A stretch of 64,000 nucleotides of DNA from an uncultured Chloroflexia bacterium (GTDB lineage Bacteria; Chloroflexota; Anaerolineae; CG2-30-64-16), in assembly GCA_963695715.1 (NCBI GenBank), contig CAVOHP010000014.1, positions 154,612-218,611 on the forward strand. Reading direction: 5' to 3'. This document shows positions 22,497-32,374 of this stretch, in pieces. Made by a program: the position numbers and the translations under genes. Below the pieces are notes generated by a model. The model was not told the DNA's origin. It saw only the letters and a list, made by a program, of their open reading frames with translations, and did not search any database. Every line of letters begins with the position of its first letter. Positions within the stretch are counted from its first letter, which is position 1.

Positions 22497-22527
22497 ACAA
22501 AAACTGCCGGGCTTCACATCCCGGCAG
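22497..22527 (-). terminator. Rho-independent terminator after the protease gene (stem CTGCCGGG/CCCGGCAG, U-tract on the minus strand)
   Basis: 8-bp GC stem, 8-nt loop, flanked by AAAAA on plus (UUUUU on the minus transcript). Confidence 0.55.
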
Positions 22528-22570
22528 TCGAGCCTCCTTCTGCGGTGAGGGCTATCGCTGACCTTCGCTT

Positions 22571-23161
22571 TCAGTTGAGCAGGCTGCGCCGCAAGAACTC
22601 TACGACGACATGCGTCGGCACAGCCAGGCCCACATCCGGCCCGTTGATCATGGTGTTGATGCCCATGAGCCGCCCTCGCACGTCCACCAGTGGGCCGCCG
22701 GAGTGACCGGGCCGCATGTGCAAGCCCACCACGACCCAATCTCGACCGGATCGCGGTATATCCGGCCATTCCGAGCCGGCTCCAATGACGATGCCGGCTG
22801 TGGCGGCGCCTTCGATGCCCCACGGATGCCCGACAGCGACGACCCAGTGCCCCGCCCGCAACCGATGTGAATCGCCCAACTCGATCGTCGGCAGCGCTTC
22901 CGCCTCAATGCGGAGAGCCGCCAGATCGCCTTCCGCATCTATAGCGAGTAGCTCAGCGGGCAAGATCTGGCCGGACGGCAACTCGATCTTCACTGGCCCC
23001 TTATCTACCACATGGGCGTTCGTCACCACCAGTCCCTGCGGATGCCAGATTGTGCCTGCGCCACTCCCGCGTTTCCCGTTTCGCACGTGAACCAGACTTC
23101 GTCGCACTTTTGCCACAACTGCCGCGAGGTCGGCATCCAGCGCCTGCGTTGATAGGCTCAT
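22571..23161 (-). CDS. Trypsin-like serine protease (S1C/HtrA-like catalytic domain, no PDZ)
   Basis: GTIWHPQGLVVTNAHVV (His), ...DLAALRIE (Asp), GHSGGPLVDVRGRLMGINT (Ser) catalytic triad context. Confidence 0.8.
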   Translation of the reverse strand: MSLSTQALDADLAAVVAKVRRSLVHVRNGKRGSGAGTIWHPQGLVVTNAHVVDKGPVKIELPSGQILPAELLAIDAEGDLAALRIEAEALPTIELGDSHRLRAGHWVVAVGHPWGIEGAATAGIVIGAGSEWPDIPRSGRDWVVVGLHMRPGHSGGPLVDVRGRLMGINTMINGPDVGLAVPTHVVVEFLRRSLLN

Positions 23162-23177
23162 CTTGATCCTGCCTGGC

Positions 23178-24086
23178 TCAGCCCTGCTCTCCAATTCGGA
23201 TGACGAGATCGAGCGCTTGACCGCCGCGGACAAGCCGCACAGGCACATCCTTTCCCACGCGATCACCGCTCAACAGCGCCAGCAGATCGTCCATCTGTCT
23301 CACGGGCTGGCCATCCAGCGCAACGATGGTATCGCCCATGAACAGTCCGCCACGCTCAGCCGGGCTACCTGGTTCCACAGAACCCAGCAACAGGCCCGTC
23401 TCCTGTCCGAACTGCGATGCGAGGTTGCCCGGCAGACGGGCCGGCTGAGCGCCCACGCCCAGATAGCCGCGCCGCACCCGGCCGTGCGCCAACAACGCTT
23501 CCACAATGCCCTTCAGGCTGGCCGCCGGCACGGCGAGGCTCAGACCGCGGACCAGCCCGGAGCTGACCAGCCCCACGCTGCGGCCCCGAGTGTCTACCAG
23601 TGCACCGCCTGAAAAGCCCGGATACATCGCGGCATCCGTCTGCATGAAGTGGTCCAGTTGACCTCCCGCCGGCGTGCGCCAGTCGGGTCGCAGCGCGGCG
23701 ATGATGCCCAACGTGGCCATCACGCTGCGGCCGGGGCGCCCCAGCGCCACTACCAGATGCCCGACCCTGATCTCGTCGGTGGGCGCCCACGTAGCCGGCT
23801 TGAGATCACCCGCTTCGGCCCGCAGAACGGCGATATCGGTGCTGGGATCACGTCCAACCAGCTTCGCCATCGTCGAATTCCCATCCGGCAGGCCAATTCC
23901 GATGTGCTCATCCTGCTCGACGACATGATGCGCAGTGACGATCACGCCGTCAGGAGACCAGATGACACCGCTGGCCGGCAGTCGCCGTCGTCCTTCCACT
24001 CTGACCACGCTGCGCCCCCGCCGTCTCCACAGCTCCAGCCAACGCCTCCGATAAATCCACCAATGCTTCAGACATATTGTTCACCC
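23178..24086 (-). CDS. HtrA/DegP-family serine protease with C-terminal PDZ domain; N-terminal 25 codons shifted by a frameshift in a G5 run (~24015-24019)
   Basis: TAHHVV, DIAVLR, GFSGGALVDTRGRSVGL catalytic motifs; PDZ GLLLGSVEPGSPAERGGLFMGDTIVALDG; upstream frame reads MSEALVDLSEALAGAVETAGA and joins VVRVEGRRRLPASG only if one G is removed. Confidence 0.75.
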
Positions 24087-24233
24087 CTGATCGAGTCTCT
24101 ATCGTTTCCCGATGCTTTCGAAGGATCCAGATTTATTGTACAGGCGATCCGCAATCGGCGCATCGCCCGTTTGGTTGGGAAGCACCTGGAAAAACGATCA
24201 GGGTGAGGAGATGTGAAGAGAAACCTTCGAGAT

Positions 24234-24881
24234 CTACAGGATAATCAGCCCGAGTCTCGTGGCGCGGACGACGGCCTCAGTGCGGCTCTCCACGCCCAGC
24301 TTGCCGAGGATGGCGTTGACGTGGAACTTCACGGTGTGCTCGCTGATGCCCAGCCGCTGAGCAATGGTCTTGTTTGGCAGACCCTCGGCCAGCAGGCCCA
24401 GCACTTCGAACTCCCGTGGGGTCAAAGGCTCCACGAGTGAGCCTTCGCCGCCCGGCTCTCCCTCTATCGGGCCGCTCTCCGGGATCAACCTCTCGGTGAC
24501 CCACGGTTCCAGGACGACGAGGCCCCGCGCAGCAGCAACAAGCGCAGCGGTGATGTGCTCCAGGCTTGCGTCTCGTGTCAGTATCCCGCGCGCGCCTGCC
24601 GTCCATGCCCCACGCGGCGGCGCGTCCTCAGGCAACATCACCACCACAGGGCACATCGGCGAATCTGCCGTGAAATCGGACAGCCGGAGCGCATCGTCAC
24701 CGGCACCCCAGCCCAGATCCCAGAGGACGACATCGGGGCGAAACACATCCGCCGCTGCATGCAGGTCATCGCCCGCAGCAGCCTGCCCCACCACGATCAG
24801 GCCGGGCAATTCCGCCAGGAGGACACCCAGCCCGGCACGTGCAAGCGGATCATCCGCAACGACCATCACTCGGACGTCCAT
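24234..24881 (-). CDS. Response regulator transcription factor, LuxR/NarL family
   Basis: VMVVADDPLARAGL...VLWDLG receiver; C-terminal LTPREFEVLGLLAEGLPNKTIAQRLGISEHTVKFHVNAILGKLGV helix-turn-helix. Confidence 0.8.
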   Translation of the reverse strand: MDVRVMVVADDPLARAGLGVLLAELPGLIVVGQAAAGDDLHAAADVFRPDVVLWDLGWGAGDDALRLSDFTADSPMCPVVVMLPEDAPPRGAWTAGARGILTRDASLEHITAALVAAARGLVVLEPWVTERLIPESGPIEGEPGGEGSLVEPLTPREFEVLGLLAEGLPNKTIAQRLGISEHTVKFHVNAILGKLGVESRTEAVVRATRLGLIIL

Positions 24882-24882
24882 T

Positions 24883-25957
24883 TCAGCCTGTCCCCTTCAG
24901 GTCCACGATGAAGATATCGGGTTGACAATATAGCCGCACCGGCGGCGTCTCGGAGCCGAGCCCCGATGTGACGAAAAGGTGCGTGCCGCCAACCACAAAA
25001 TGACCGTGGTCAAATCTGCGCCCGTACCCCGAAGGCACGACCAACGAGCCGATCCCCGGCAACCTGAGTTGGCCGGCGTGATAGTGGCCGGAGAAGATGG
25101 CCGCAACGCCCGGCCCGCCCAACTGCGTGATGTTATCCGCCGTGTGCGAGAGGGTCAGCCCCATCTCGCCGTCCTGCGGCCGCGGCAGCGCGAGGTTCGG
25201 CCCCGACCAGGGGGTCTGACACCCGCAGATCAACAGCGCGGAGCCGTCCGACAGTTGCAGCCGTTCACATTGGTCATCCAGCAAGGTGACGCCCGCCCGG
25301 CGCACGGCCTCCGCCACTTCTCGATCATCCACCCAATAATCGTGATTGCCGAGGATTGCATAGGTACCCAACCGCCCGCGCACCGTCGAGAGGACGGGCG
25401 GGATCAGCTCGACGCCGTGGCCTTTGCTCAGGAAATCGCCGGTGAAGAACACCAAATCAGGGTCCGTCGCGTCGGGCGCGTTCAACCGCAGCGCAGAAAT
25501 AGGCCATCGGGACACGGTCGCTAAGGTGCAAGTCGCTGATATGTGCAATGCGCAGATCCGGGCCGGACCAACCGGGCGCGACGATCTCGTAGCGCGCGAA
25601 CGCCATATCGGTGGTCGTGATGGGCCGCGTCCACGCAAAGGAGGGCGCGGCGCGTTCCACCGGTCCATCGCCGATGTCGCGCCGACGGGCAAGAACTCAG
25701 GCGAGCCTCACCGGCGATGGCAATGGCGACAACGAATAAGGGCGGCAATAACCAGAGTGGATCATCAAGCATGAGCCCAAGCGCCAGGCCGGCCAGCGTC
25801 AGCCCGACGAAACTCAACCCGATGACGGCCATCTTCGGCGTGCTCTTACGGATGGGCATCAAGTAGCGATTCAAGAGATAGATGAAAATGCACCAGGCCG
25901 CAATCAGATAGAGGGCCAGGAAGGCGAGGCGCAACAACAGGTCGGATGCGCTCATGC
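24883..25957 (-). CDS. Membrane-anchored metallophosphoesterase (calcineurin-like); two frameshifts
   Basis: N-terminal 2-TM anchor (MSASDLLLRLAFLALYLIAAW...), then RIAHISDLHL (motif I) in a second frame, then DLVFFTGDF...GNHDYW...GHYHAGQ in the third. Confidence 0.6.
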
Positions 25958-26854
25958 CGCCGCCCACCGGCATGCGAGCCTGACCGTCGCCGCGTGGATA
26001 TCTACGGTGTCCTCGATGGGACGTGCATAGCCGCCCGCCATTACCACTGCCACCGGAACGCGGCGGGTCGCACATGCGCCCAGCACCAGGTCATCGCGCG
26101 CCGCCAACCCCCCTTTGCTGAGCGCAAGGCGGCCCAACGTATCGCCCGCGTAAGGATCTGCACCGGCGAGATAGATCACGAAGTCGGGCTGCGCGGCCTC
26201 CCACACCACATCGAGCGCAGACCTCAGCGCAGCCAGATAGCGCGCATCGTCCGTGGCATCCGGCAGTTCAACATCCAGATCGCTCTGTTCTTTGTGAAAA
26301 GGAAAGTTTTTGGCCCCGTGGATCGAGAAGGTGAAGACCGTCGGGTCATCGGCCAGGATGGCCGCCGTGCCGTTGCCCTGATGCACGTCGCAATCAATGA
26401 TTGCGACGCGGCGGGCGCGGCCTTCGGTCTGCATGAGCCGGGCGGCCACCACAACGTCATTGAAGACGCAGAATCCCTCGCCGTGATCGCGGAAAGCGTG
26501 ATGTGTGCCGCCTGCCAGGCTGACGCCGATTCCCTCGGCAAGGGCCGCGCGCGAGGCCGCGATGGTCGCGCCGACGCTGCACAGCGTCCGCTGAACCAGC
26601 TCCGGCGACCAGGGCAGACCGATGCGCCGCACTTCACGCGGGTCGAGCGCGCCGGCGCGCACGCGCTGCACGTAGTCGTCGTCATGCGCCAGGGTCAACG
26701 CGTCATCGGTCGCCGCGTCCGGCACATGCAGCGTGACATCGCGCGCTAACTCCTGTTGGATGCGTTCCCTGAGCAGCCGATATTTCTGCGCCGGAAATCG
26801 GTGTCCAACGGGCAGCGGATAGGTGAACGTATCACACGAAAAAACCTGCATCAC
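25952..26854 (-). CDS. Histone-deacetylase-family amidohydrolase (acetylpolyamine/acetoin-utilisation type)
   Basis: GGTHHAFRDHGEGFCVFNDVVVAA...IIDCDVHQGNGT...FTFSIHG: canonical HDAC zinc-site motifs; 300 aa, intact; GTG/ATG start abuts the upstream stop. Confidence 0.8.
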   Translation of the reverse strand: MMQVFSCDTFTYPLPVGHRFPAQKYRLLRERIQQELARDVTLHVPDAATDDALTLAHDDDYVQRVRAGALDPREVRRIGLPWSPELVQRTLCSVGATIAASRAALAEGIGVSLAGGTHHAFRDHGEGFCVFNDVVVAARLMQTEGRARRVAIIDCDVHQGNGTAAILADDPTVFTFSIHGAKNFPFHKEQSDLDVELPDATDDARYLAALRSALDVVWEAAQPDFVIYLAGADPYAGDTLGRLALSKGGLAARDDLVLGACATRRVPVAVVMAGGYARPIEDTVDIHAATVRLACRWAAA

Positions 26855-28441
26855 CTATTCCGCGGTTTCGCCGCGGGCGACCGGCGCGAGCAGTTGGTCT
26901 ACCGGGGCATAGCGATCTGTCAGGGTCAGAAGCGGACCCTCGCTCAGCAAGTCGCTCACGGCTTCGGGGGTGAGGACCTGGCGGGCCAGATCGCCATCCG
27001 TGAGGTTGAGAGACTTGAGGCCCGCCAGATCGAGCGGGCTGTCCGTGGCGACGAGCACGTAGGTCATGCGGGGCGACTCGCGCCATGATGGACTGGCCGG
27101 GATGACGTAAACGTGATCGAAGGTCTGCTGGAGCGTATGAATGTACGCCCGCAGGAAATCGCGTTGCAGCCCATCAATCATGTTGACCAGATAGAGACCA
27201 TCGTCGCTGATCCAGGCGCGCACCCGTTCGTTGAACTCGCGGGTCGTCAGGTGATAGGGCACCGAGTAGTCGTTGAACGCATCCCCCATCACCAGATCGT
27301 ACTGCCGGTCGGGAGTGCGTTCGAGGTAGATGCGGGCGTCTTCGTTGAAGGAAGCGATCTCCGAGTCGCGGGAAAGCCCCAGCAGGTCTTGCGCGACGCG
27401 CGTCACGTCGGGGTCAATCTCCACCACGTCGAGCCGGCTGTCGGGATAGACCGCCTCCATGTAGCGCGGAAAGGTATAGCCGCCACCGCCGATGAACAAC
27501 GCGCGCAGCGGGTCATCGGCAGGGTTGCGCCGCGCGGCCAACTCCGTCACCGCGGCGTACACCTTCTCGTAGCCGTAGGTGAGGTGCGTGGGATCGTCCA
27601 GCGAGTTATAGCTGTGCACCAGCCGGTCGAGGATCAGCACGCGCAAGGTTTCGCCGTCGCGATCCTCTTCCGTCACTTTGATGCAGAAATAGTCGGTCTC
27701 CAGCGAACACGGCGAACCGAGCCATCCCTGCTGTAGCGCCAGGACGACGCCGCCGACCAGCGAGCGCCGATACCACGAGCAAGGCGGCCACGGGCGCTCC
27801 CCCGCTCCCTCGAACCGCCGGGAGGCAATGAAGAACAGGATCCCGATGAAGACCAGCAAGGCGGCCACGCCCGCCACGATCGCATGCGTGCCGAACTCGG
27901 AGATCAGCCAGAAGCCGGTGGCGAACGTGCCGAGGATGCTGCCCACCGTGCCCGCTGCGTAGATGCGCCCCACGGTGCTGCCCGTGCTGTCCAGGTCGCG
28001 CACCGCCAGCTTGGCGACGATGGGCGACACCATGCCCAGTATCATGCTGGGGAGGAAGAAGAGCAAGGTGGTGATGGCGAGGATTTGCAGGACGATCGGC
28101 CACGCGTTCGGCAGGCGTAAACCCACGTAGTCTACGGCCAGGACGCCGAGGCTCAAGAGGCCGGCCAGCGAGAAGATCACGCCGAGCAGCCGCAGTGAGG
28201 CGCAGCGGTCGGCCAGGCGGCCGCCCAGGTAGTTGCCCAGGCTCATCCCGGCCAGCACAATGCCGATGACGCTGGTCCAGGTGTAGAGCGACACGCCCAC
28301 GTAGGGCGCGATGATACGCCCGGCGACCAGCTCGAGCACCATCATGCACGCGCTGGAAACAAACGTAATCAGCGCGGGCCGCCACAACCACGCCCGCGTG
28401 AACGAAAGGTCGTCTGCGGCGATCTCGAACTGCGCCGTCAC
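26855..28441 (-). CDS. Fused polytopic membrane domain plus spermidine-synthase-like (aminopropyltransferase) domain
   Basis: 8+ TM helices, then LILDRLVHSY...LFIGGGGYTFPRYM...VVEIDPDVTRVAQDLLGL...LVMGDAFNDYSVPYHLTTREFNE (SpeE-like motifs); GTG start overlaps the mutM stop as GTGA. Confidence 0.75.
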   Translation of the reverse strand: MTAQFEIAADDLSFTRAWLWRPALITFVSSACMMVLELVAGRIIAPYVGVSLYTWTSVIGIVLAGMSLGNYLGGRLADRCASLRLLGVIFSLAGLLSLGVLAVDYVGLRLPNAWPIVLQILAITTLLFFLPSMILGMVSPIVAKLAVRDLDSTGSTVGRIYAAGTVGSILGTFATGFWLISEFGTHAIVAGVAALLVFIGILFFIASRRFEGAGERPWPPCSWYRRSLVGGVVLALQQGWLGSPCSLETDYFCIKVTEEDRDGETLRVLILDRLVHSYNSLDDPTHLTYGYEKVYAAVTELAARRNPADDPLRALFIGGGGYTFPRYMEAVYPDSRLDVVEIDPDVTRVAQDLLGLSRDSEIASFNEDARIYLERTPDRQYDLVMGDAFNDYSVPYHLTTREFNERVRAWISDDGLYLVNMIDGLQRDFLRAYIHTLQQTFDHVYVIPASPSWRESPRMTYVLVATDSPLDLAGLKSLNLTDGDLARQVLTPEAVSDLLSEGPLLTLTDRYAPVDQLLAPVARGETAE

Positions 28442-29298
28442 GTATTGCCTTCTTTCGCTGGGTCGGTGGTTAGCGGGTTTTCCGGCTGGCATTGCGGGCA
28501 ATAGTGGGTGCTGCGCTGCGTTACCACGATGCGCCGAATGGGCGCGCCGCAACGAAGGCAGGGCCGATCCGTCTGTTGGTAGACGCGGAGATGATGCTGA
28601 TATGCGCCCTGTAGCCCGTAGGGCGGGCGATAATCGCGCAGCATGGTGCCGCGCTCGCCGATGGAGGCGGTCAGAACTTCCTGGATCGCGCCGTGCAAAC
28701 GGATTACTTCCTCATCAGTAAGATCGGCGCCGGTGCGCAACGGATGGATGCCGGCCAGATGCAGGGCCTCGTCGGCGTAGATGTTGCCCACGCCGGCCAC
28801 CACTGTCTGATCCAGGAGAAGCGCCTTGAGCGACGTGCGCCGGTGGCGCAATCGAGACGTCAACACCTCCGGCGTGAAATCCCAGGCCAATGGCTCCGGC
28901 CCCAGCTTGCCGACGACGCTCTCCAGATCGGAGACGAGCCAGATGCGCCCGAACTTGCGAGCGTCGTTGAAAACGAGCGCGTCGCCGTCGGTCAGATAGA
29001 GGATCGCGCGCACGTGCGGCGCATCCAGATCGGGGCTGCCGGGGGACGCGACCATCAGCTTGCCCGTCATGCGCAGATGCACGATCAGTGTGTCGCCGGA
29101 CGCCAGCGTGAACAGGATATACTTGCCGCGGCGACCGATGTCCACGATGCGTTGACCGGCCAGGCGAATTGAAAAGCTGTCGGGGTCAGGCGCAGCGACC
29201 GTACGCGACCACAGCGCCCGCGCCGAAGCGAACTCCTTGCCGGTGAGCAGGGGGCGCAAGGCGCGGGCGACAGTTTCGACTTCCGGCAGCTCAGGCAT
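28438..29298 (-). CDS. mutM: Formamidopyrimidine-DNA glycosylase
   Basis: MPELPEVETVARAL N-terminus (catalytic Pro2, Glu3); C-terminal zinc finger CLRCGAPIRRIVVTQRSTHYCPQCQ. Confidence 0.9.
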   Translation of the reverse strand: MPELPEVETVARALRPLLTGKEFASARALWSRTVAAPDPDSFSIRLAGQRIVDIGRRGKYILFTLASGDTLIVHLRMTGKLMVASPGSPDLDAPHVRAILYLTDGDALVFNDARKFGRIWLVSDLESVVGKLGPEPLAWDFTPEVLTSRLRHRRTSLKALLLDQTVVAGVGNIYADEALHLAGIHPLRTGADLTDEEVIRLHGAIQEVLTASIGERGTMLRDYRPPYGLQGAYQHHLRVYQQTDRPCLRCGAPIRRIVVTQRSTHYCPQCQPENPLTTDPAKEGNT

Positions 29299-29308
29299 CA
29301 GACGGCAA

Positions 29309-31255
29309 TCACGGCGCGTTCGGGCTCACGTAATCGTAAGAAATATCTTTGGGCAGCGGCGCCAGGCTGCCGGCGTCTCCGCCAGCCAGGTCGCGCCAGA
29401 CGAGCATCCAGCCTCCGCCCTGATCGAGCAGGGCCAGCAGTTGGCCGGGAGCGACCCAATGCGGATCATACACGCTGATGCTATTGCCCAGCAACTCGGG
29501 TGCACGATCGGGCGCGCCGGCATAGACATTGTTGTCACTCAAATAGAGGAACTCCTGGCCGTATGGCGACCACCCCAGGAATCCGCCGCCCTGCAACTGC
29601 GCGTAGGGCTGCGGATTGGCGCCGTTCGGTTCCGCCAGCACAAGCTCGCGCGCATCGGGCGCGCCGGCGACGGGTTGAAGATACGCCAACCGGGCGCCGT
29701 CCGCCGACCAGGCCGTCTCGACCGCCGGGACGCTGCCGATGAGTTGCGCATCGCCATCCCCACTTTGCCGATAGAGCGCAACGCCCGATGCAGGATCTGC
29801 CGGCGGGGCAGCAAACAGCAGTTCGTCCCCGGTCGCGAGCCACCGCACCTGCGCCGGGTAGGCGGGCGCGCCCGGCGCGGCAGGGAAACGGGCAACCGTC
29901 CGGCCTGCGCCGCCGTCCGCCGCGTAGAGCGTCAGGACGCCTTCGGGCTGTTCCGGCGTACCATATTCCACGGCCGCGAAACGCGAGCCGCCAGGCGCAT
30001 AGAAGACACGCCCCGATGGTCCCATCTCCAGCACACGAAGACGCTCACCCGATGGCACATCCACGCGCCACAGCTCTTGCCGCGATGCGAGGTCACCAAC
30101 GGCGGCGATCAGGGCCAGTTTATCCTGTCCCGGAATCCAGTTTACCGTCTGGATGCGTCGCGCGCCGGCGCCCTCGGCGCTGGTTTCCGCGGCCAGGTCG
30201 CCCTCAGAAACGAGCGTCGCCGGGTTCTTGCCGTCCCAGGAGACGGCCTGGATTTCCACGCCATCTTCGCCCATCGCGCGATAGGCGATCCGGCTGCGGT
30301 TCTCCGAAATGATCGGCTGAGATGCGCCTACGGCGGCGGTTAGCGTCCTGATCCCGGAAGCGGCGTCCAGCGCCGACACGGTCGCACCGTCGGCAAACAC
30401 GAAGCCGGCCCCTTCCGGCAGCACCGTAGCGGGTGAAATCATTGCGGGCGCGAGCGCAGGCGTCAGCGCCGCCGAGGGTTGCCCGGCCTGGGCCGCAAAG
30501 GCTGCACCGCCCAATCCGCCGCCGCCGAGACCCCGCGCCGCCGGCGCCGCCGGGGATTCTTCCATCGCCAGGGTCGGCGCGGTCATGGCGGCATCCGACG
30601 CATCGGCAGCCTCGGCGCCAGGTTCCGGCGCAGCGTCCTTCATCTGCGCCGCTTCGGGCGCGGCTTCAGCCTGGGTTAGCGCTTCCATCGCAAGGGCAGG
30701 TTCAGCGGTCACGGGGGGGGCCGCGGCGGACACTTCCGGCTGGTCTTCCGCGGGGACGGCCTCGAAGGCCATCGCCGCCGCCGGCGCGATTTCCTCAGCG
30801 GGCATATCTGCGGTCACCGCCGCCGGCTCCACGGCAGGGGCCTCAGCCGCGGGAGCCTCGGCCGCGGGTGCGACGCGCGCAACCTGGGCGGTGGGCGCCC
30901 AACTCGTCTGTTGGCGCAGCAACGTCGTGGTGAACAGGGCAATCAGCGCCACCGCCGTCACCACGCCCAGCCCGCGCACCAGCCCGCCCAGCCAGACGGG
31001 TTGCGCGCCGGGCCGGCGAATGCCGACCTGCGCCTCAGACAACGTGAAGGCGCGCGGCACCGGGATGCGCGGCAACGCCCGCATCAGTACAATCGTCTGA
31101 CGCAGGCTCTCGGCTTCGCTCTGGCAGAGGGCGCATTGCTGCAAGTGTGCGCGTACACGATCCCGCTCCGCCGCCGTCACCTGTCCATCCAGGTACGCGG
31201 AAAGCAGTTCGGTCCCGATGTGCGCGTCTCGCGCGGCGCCGAATAATCGCTTCAT
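29309..31255 (-). CDS. Anti-sigma factor: N-terminal zf-HC2 zinc finger, one TM helix, long Ala/Pro/Glu low-complexity spacer, C-terminal TolB-like beta-propeller (648 aa)
   Basis: HLQQCALCQSE zinc-finger motif; TM LGVVTAVALIALFTTTLL; C-terminal PD40-like repeats (ENRSRIAYRAMGEDGVEIQAVSWDGK..., RFAAVEYGT...); sits immediately downstream of the ECF sigma gene. Confidence 0.7.
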   Translation of the reverse strand: MKRLFGAARDAHIGTELLSAYLDGQVTAAERDRVRAHLQQCALCQSEAESLRQTIVLMRALPRIPVPRAFTLSEAQVGIRRPGAQPVWLGGLVRGLGVVTAVALIALFTTTLLRQQTSWAPTAQVARVAPAAEAPAAEAPAVEPAAVTADMPAEEIAPAAAMAFEAVPAEDQPEVSAAAPPVTAEPALAMEALTQAEAAPEAAQMKDAAPEPGAEAADASDAAMTAPTLAMEESPAAPAARGLGGGGLGGAAFAAQAGQPSAALTPALAPAMISPATVLPEGAGFVFADGATVSALDAASGIRTLTAAVGASQPIISENRSRIAYRAMGEDGVEIQAVSWDGKNPATLVSEGDLAAETSAEGAGARRIQTVNWIPGQDKLALIAAVGDLASRQELWRVDVPSGERLRVLEMGPSGRVFYAPGGSRFAAVEYGTPEQPEGVLTLYAADGGAGRTVARFPAAPGAPAYPAQVRWLATGDELLFAAPPADPASGVALYRQSGDGDAQLIGSVPAVETAWSADGARLAYLQPVAGAPDARELVLAEPNGANPQPYAQLQGGGFLGWSPYGQEFLYLSDNNVYAGAPDRAPELLGNSISVYDPHWVAPGQLLALLDQGGGWMLVWRDLAGGDAGSLAPLPKDISYDYVSPNAP

Positions 31256-31285
31256 TAATGGTTTCTCATCTTTATCCAGGATGCT

Positions 31286-31939
31286 TTAGAGACGGTATTG
31301 CGCAGGCAAAAGTTCCTTATGCTCCATGAGCAGGTCGCGCAGCTTGGCGCGCGCCCGGCTGAGCCGTGATTTGACGGTGCCGAGCGCCACGCCAGTAGCG
31401 TCGGCGATCTCCTGATAGTCCAAACCCTCGATATCGGCCAGCACCAGCGTCGCTCGCTGGTCTTCGGGCAATTGCTCGATGGCCGCCTGGATCATGCCGG
31501 CCAGCTCGCGGCGCATGACGAAGGCTTCGGGCCGCTCGGCGGCGTCGATCAGCCGCGCGTCATGCTCCGAATCCATCTCATCGCCCTCCGAGTCGTCGCC
31601 GTCGAGCGAACTGGTGGGGCGGCGCTTTTGCGAGCGCAGCATGTCGTAGCAGGTGTTGGTGACGATCCGCAGCACCCACGCCTTGAAGGAGCCGCCGCGG
31701 TACTGGTCAATGCGCTGGTAGGCCTTGATGAAGGCGTCCTGCGTCGCATCGGAGGCCGAATCACCGTCACCCATCACGCGATAGGCGACGTTATAGGCGA
31801 TGCCCTGATAATGGAGGATGAGCTGGTTGAAGGCGGGGAGGTGGCCGCGTTGCGCGGCGGCGATCAGCGCGGCCTCGTCGAATTGGGGGCCGCGTGGCGA
31901 TGACGGCCCCTCGCCCCACCCGCCATCATATGATGTCAT
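31286..31939 (-). CDS. ECF-type RNA polymerase sigma factor (sigma-70 regions 2 and 4)
   Basis: FDEAALIAAAQRGHLPAFNQLILHYQGIAYNVAYRVMGDGDSASDATQDAFIKAY (region 2); LPEDQRATLVLADIEGLDYQEIADATGVALGTVKSRLSRARAKLR (region 4); start chosen at MTSYDG, an upstream ATG at 32029 is also possible. Confidence 0.85.
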   Translation of the reverse strand: MTSYDGGWGEGPSSPRGPQFDEAALIAAAQRGHLPAFNQLILHYQGIAYNVAYRVMGDGDSASDATQDAFIKAYQRIDQYRGGSFKAWVLRIVTNTCYDMLRSQKRRPTSSLDGDDSEGDEMDSEHDARLIDAAERPEAFVMRRELAGMIQAAIEQLPEDQRATLVLADIEGLDYQEIADATGVALGTVKSRLSRARAKLRDLLMEHKELLPAQYRL

Positions 31940-32138
31940 CCGCAGCAAACGGGCGCGTAAAGGCTCCGACCAAGCCACAACGGCCTGCCGAAAGGAACCT
32001 GCGCCCGCAATCGCCTGTAGCGTAATCATTCAGCCTGTGATCGAAGTTCCGAGATCCGTGTGCTGTCACCCTGAGCGGGTTAACCACTCAACTTGCGCTG
32101 CGGTTAGCCTCCAGCGAAGGGTCTCGACTCGTGATTGC

Positions 32139-32200
32139 GAGAGATTCTTCGCTAGAGTGCTCGCCGCAACCAACGTCCTGAGGTCAACCTGCTCAGAATG
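32139..32200. repeat. Intergenic repeated element, copy B (between the ECF sigma gene and tRNA-Leu)
   Basis: Shares AGAGATTCTT, GGTCAACC and GCTCAGAATG blocks with 13391-13468 at similar spacing (~30 nt). Confidence 0.5.
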
Positions 32201-32291
32201 ACGCGTGATCTCATCTAGATCGAAATTCCAGCCTGTGATGGGTTGAACTTGACGGACGGCACAGAATCGCGTATACTGATTGCTTGCACAG

Positions 32292-32374
32292 GCCGAAGTG
32301 GCGGAAAGGTAGACGCGATGGTCTCAAACACCATTGGGGGTTGCCCCATGTGGGTTCGATTCCCACCTTCGGCA
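32292..32374 (+). tRNA. tRNA-Leu, anticodon CAA, class II with long variable arm
   Basis: Acceptor GCCGAAG/CTTCGGC, D-stem GCG/CGC, anticodon stem ATGGT/ACCAT with loop CTCAAAC, variable arm TGGGGGTTGCCCCAT, T-arm GTGGG-TTCGATT-CCCAC, discriminator A; 83 nt. Confidence 0.85.

Noticed and set aside
29237-30343. 368-aa plus-strand ORF and several 100-180-aa ORFs (29500-31250)
   Set aside because: Antisense to the anti-sigma factor gene; Arg-rich low-complexity translations; spurious high-GC ORFs.
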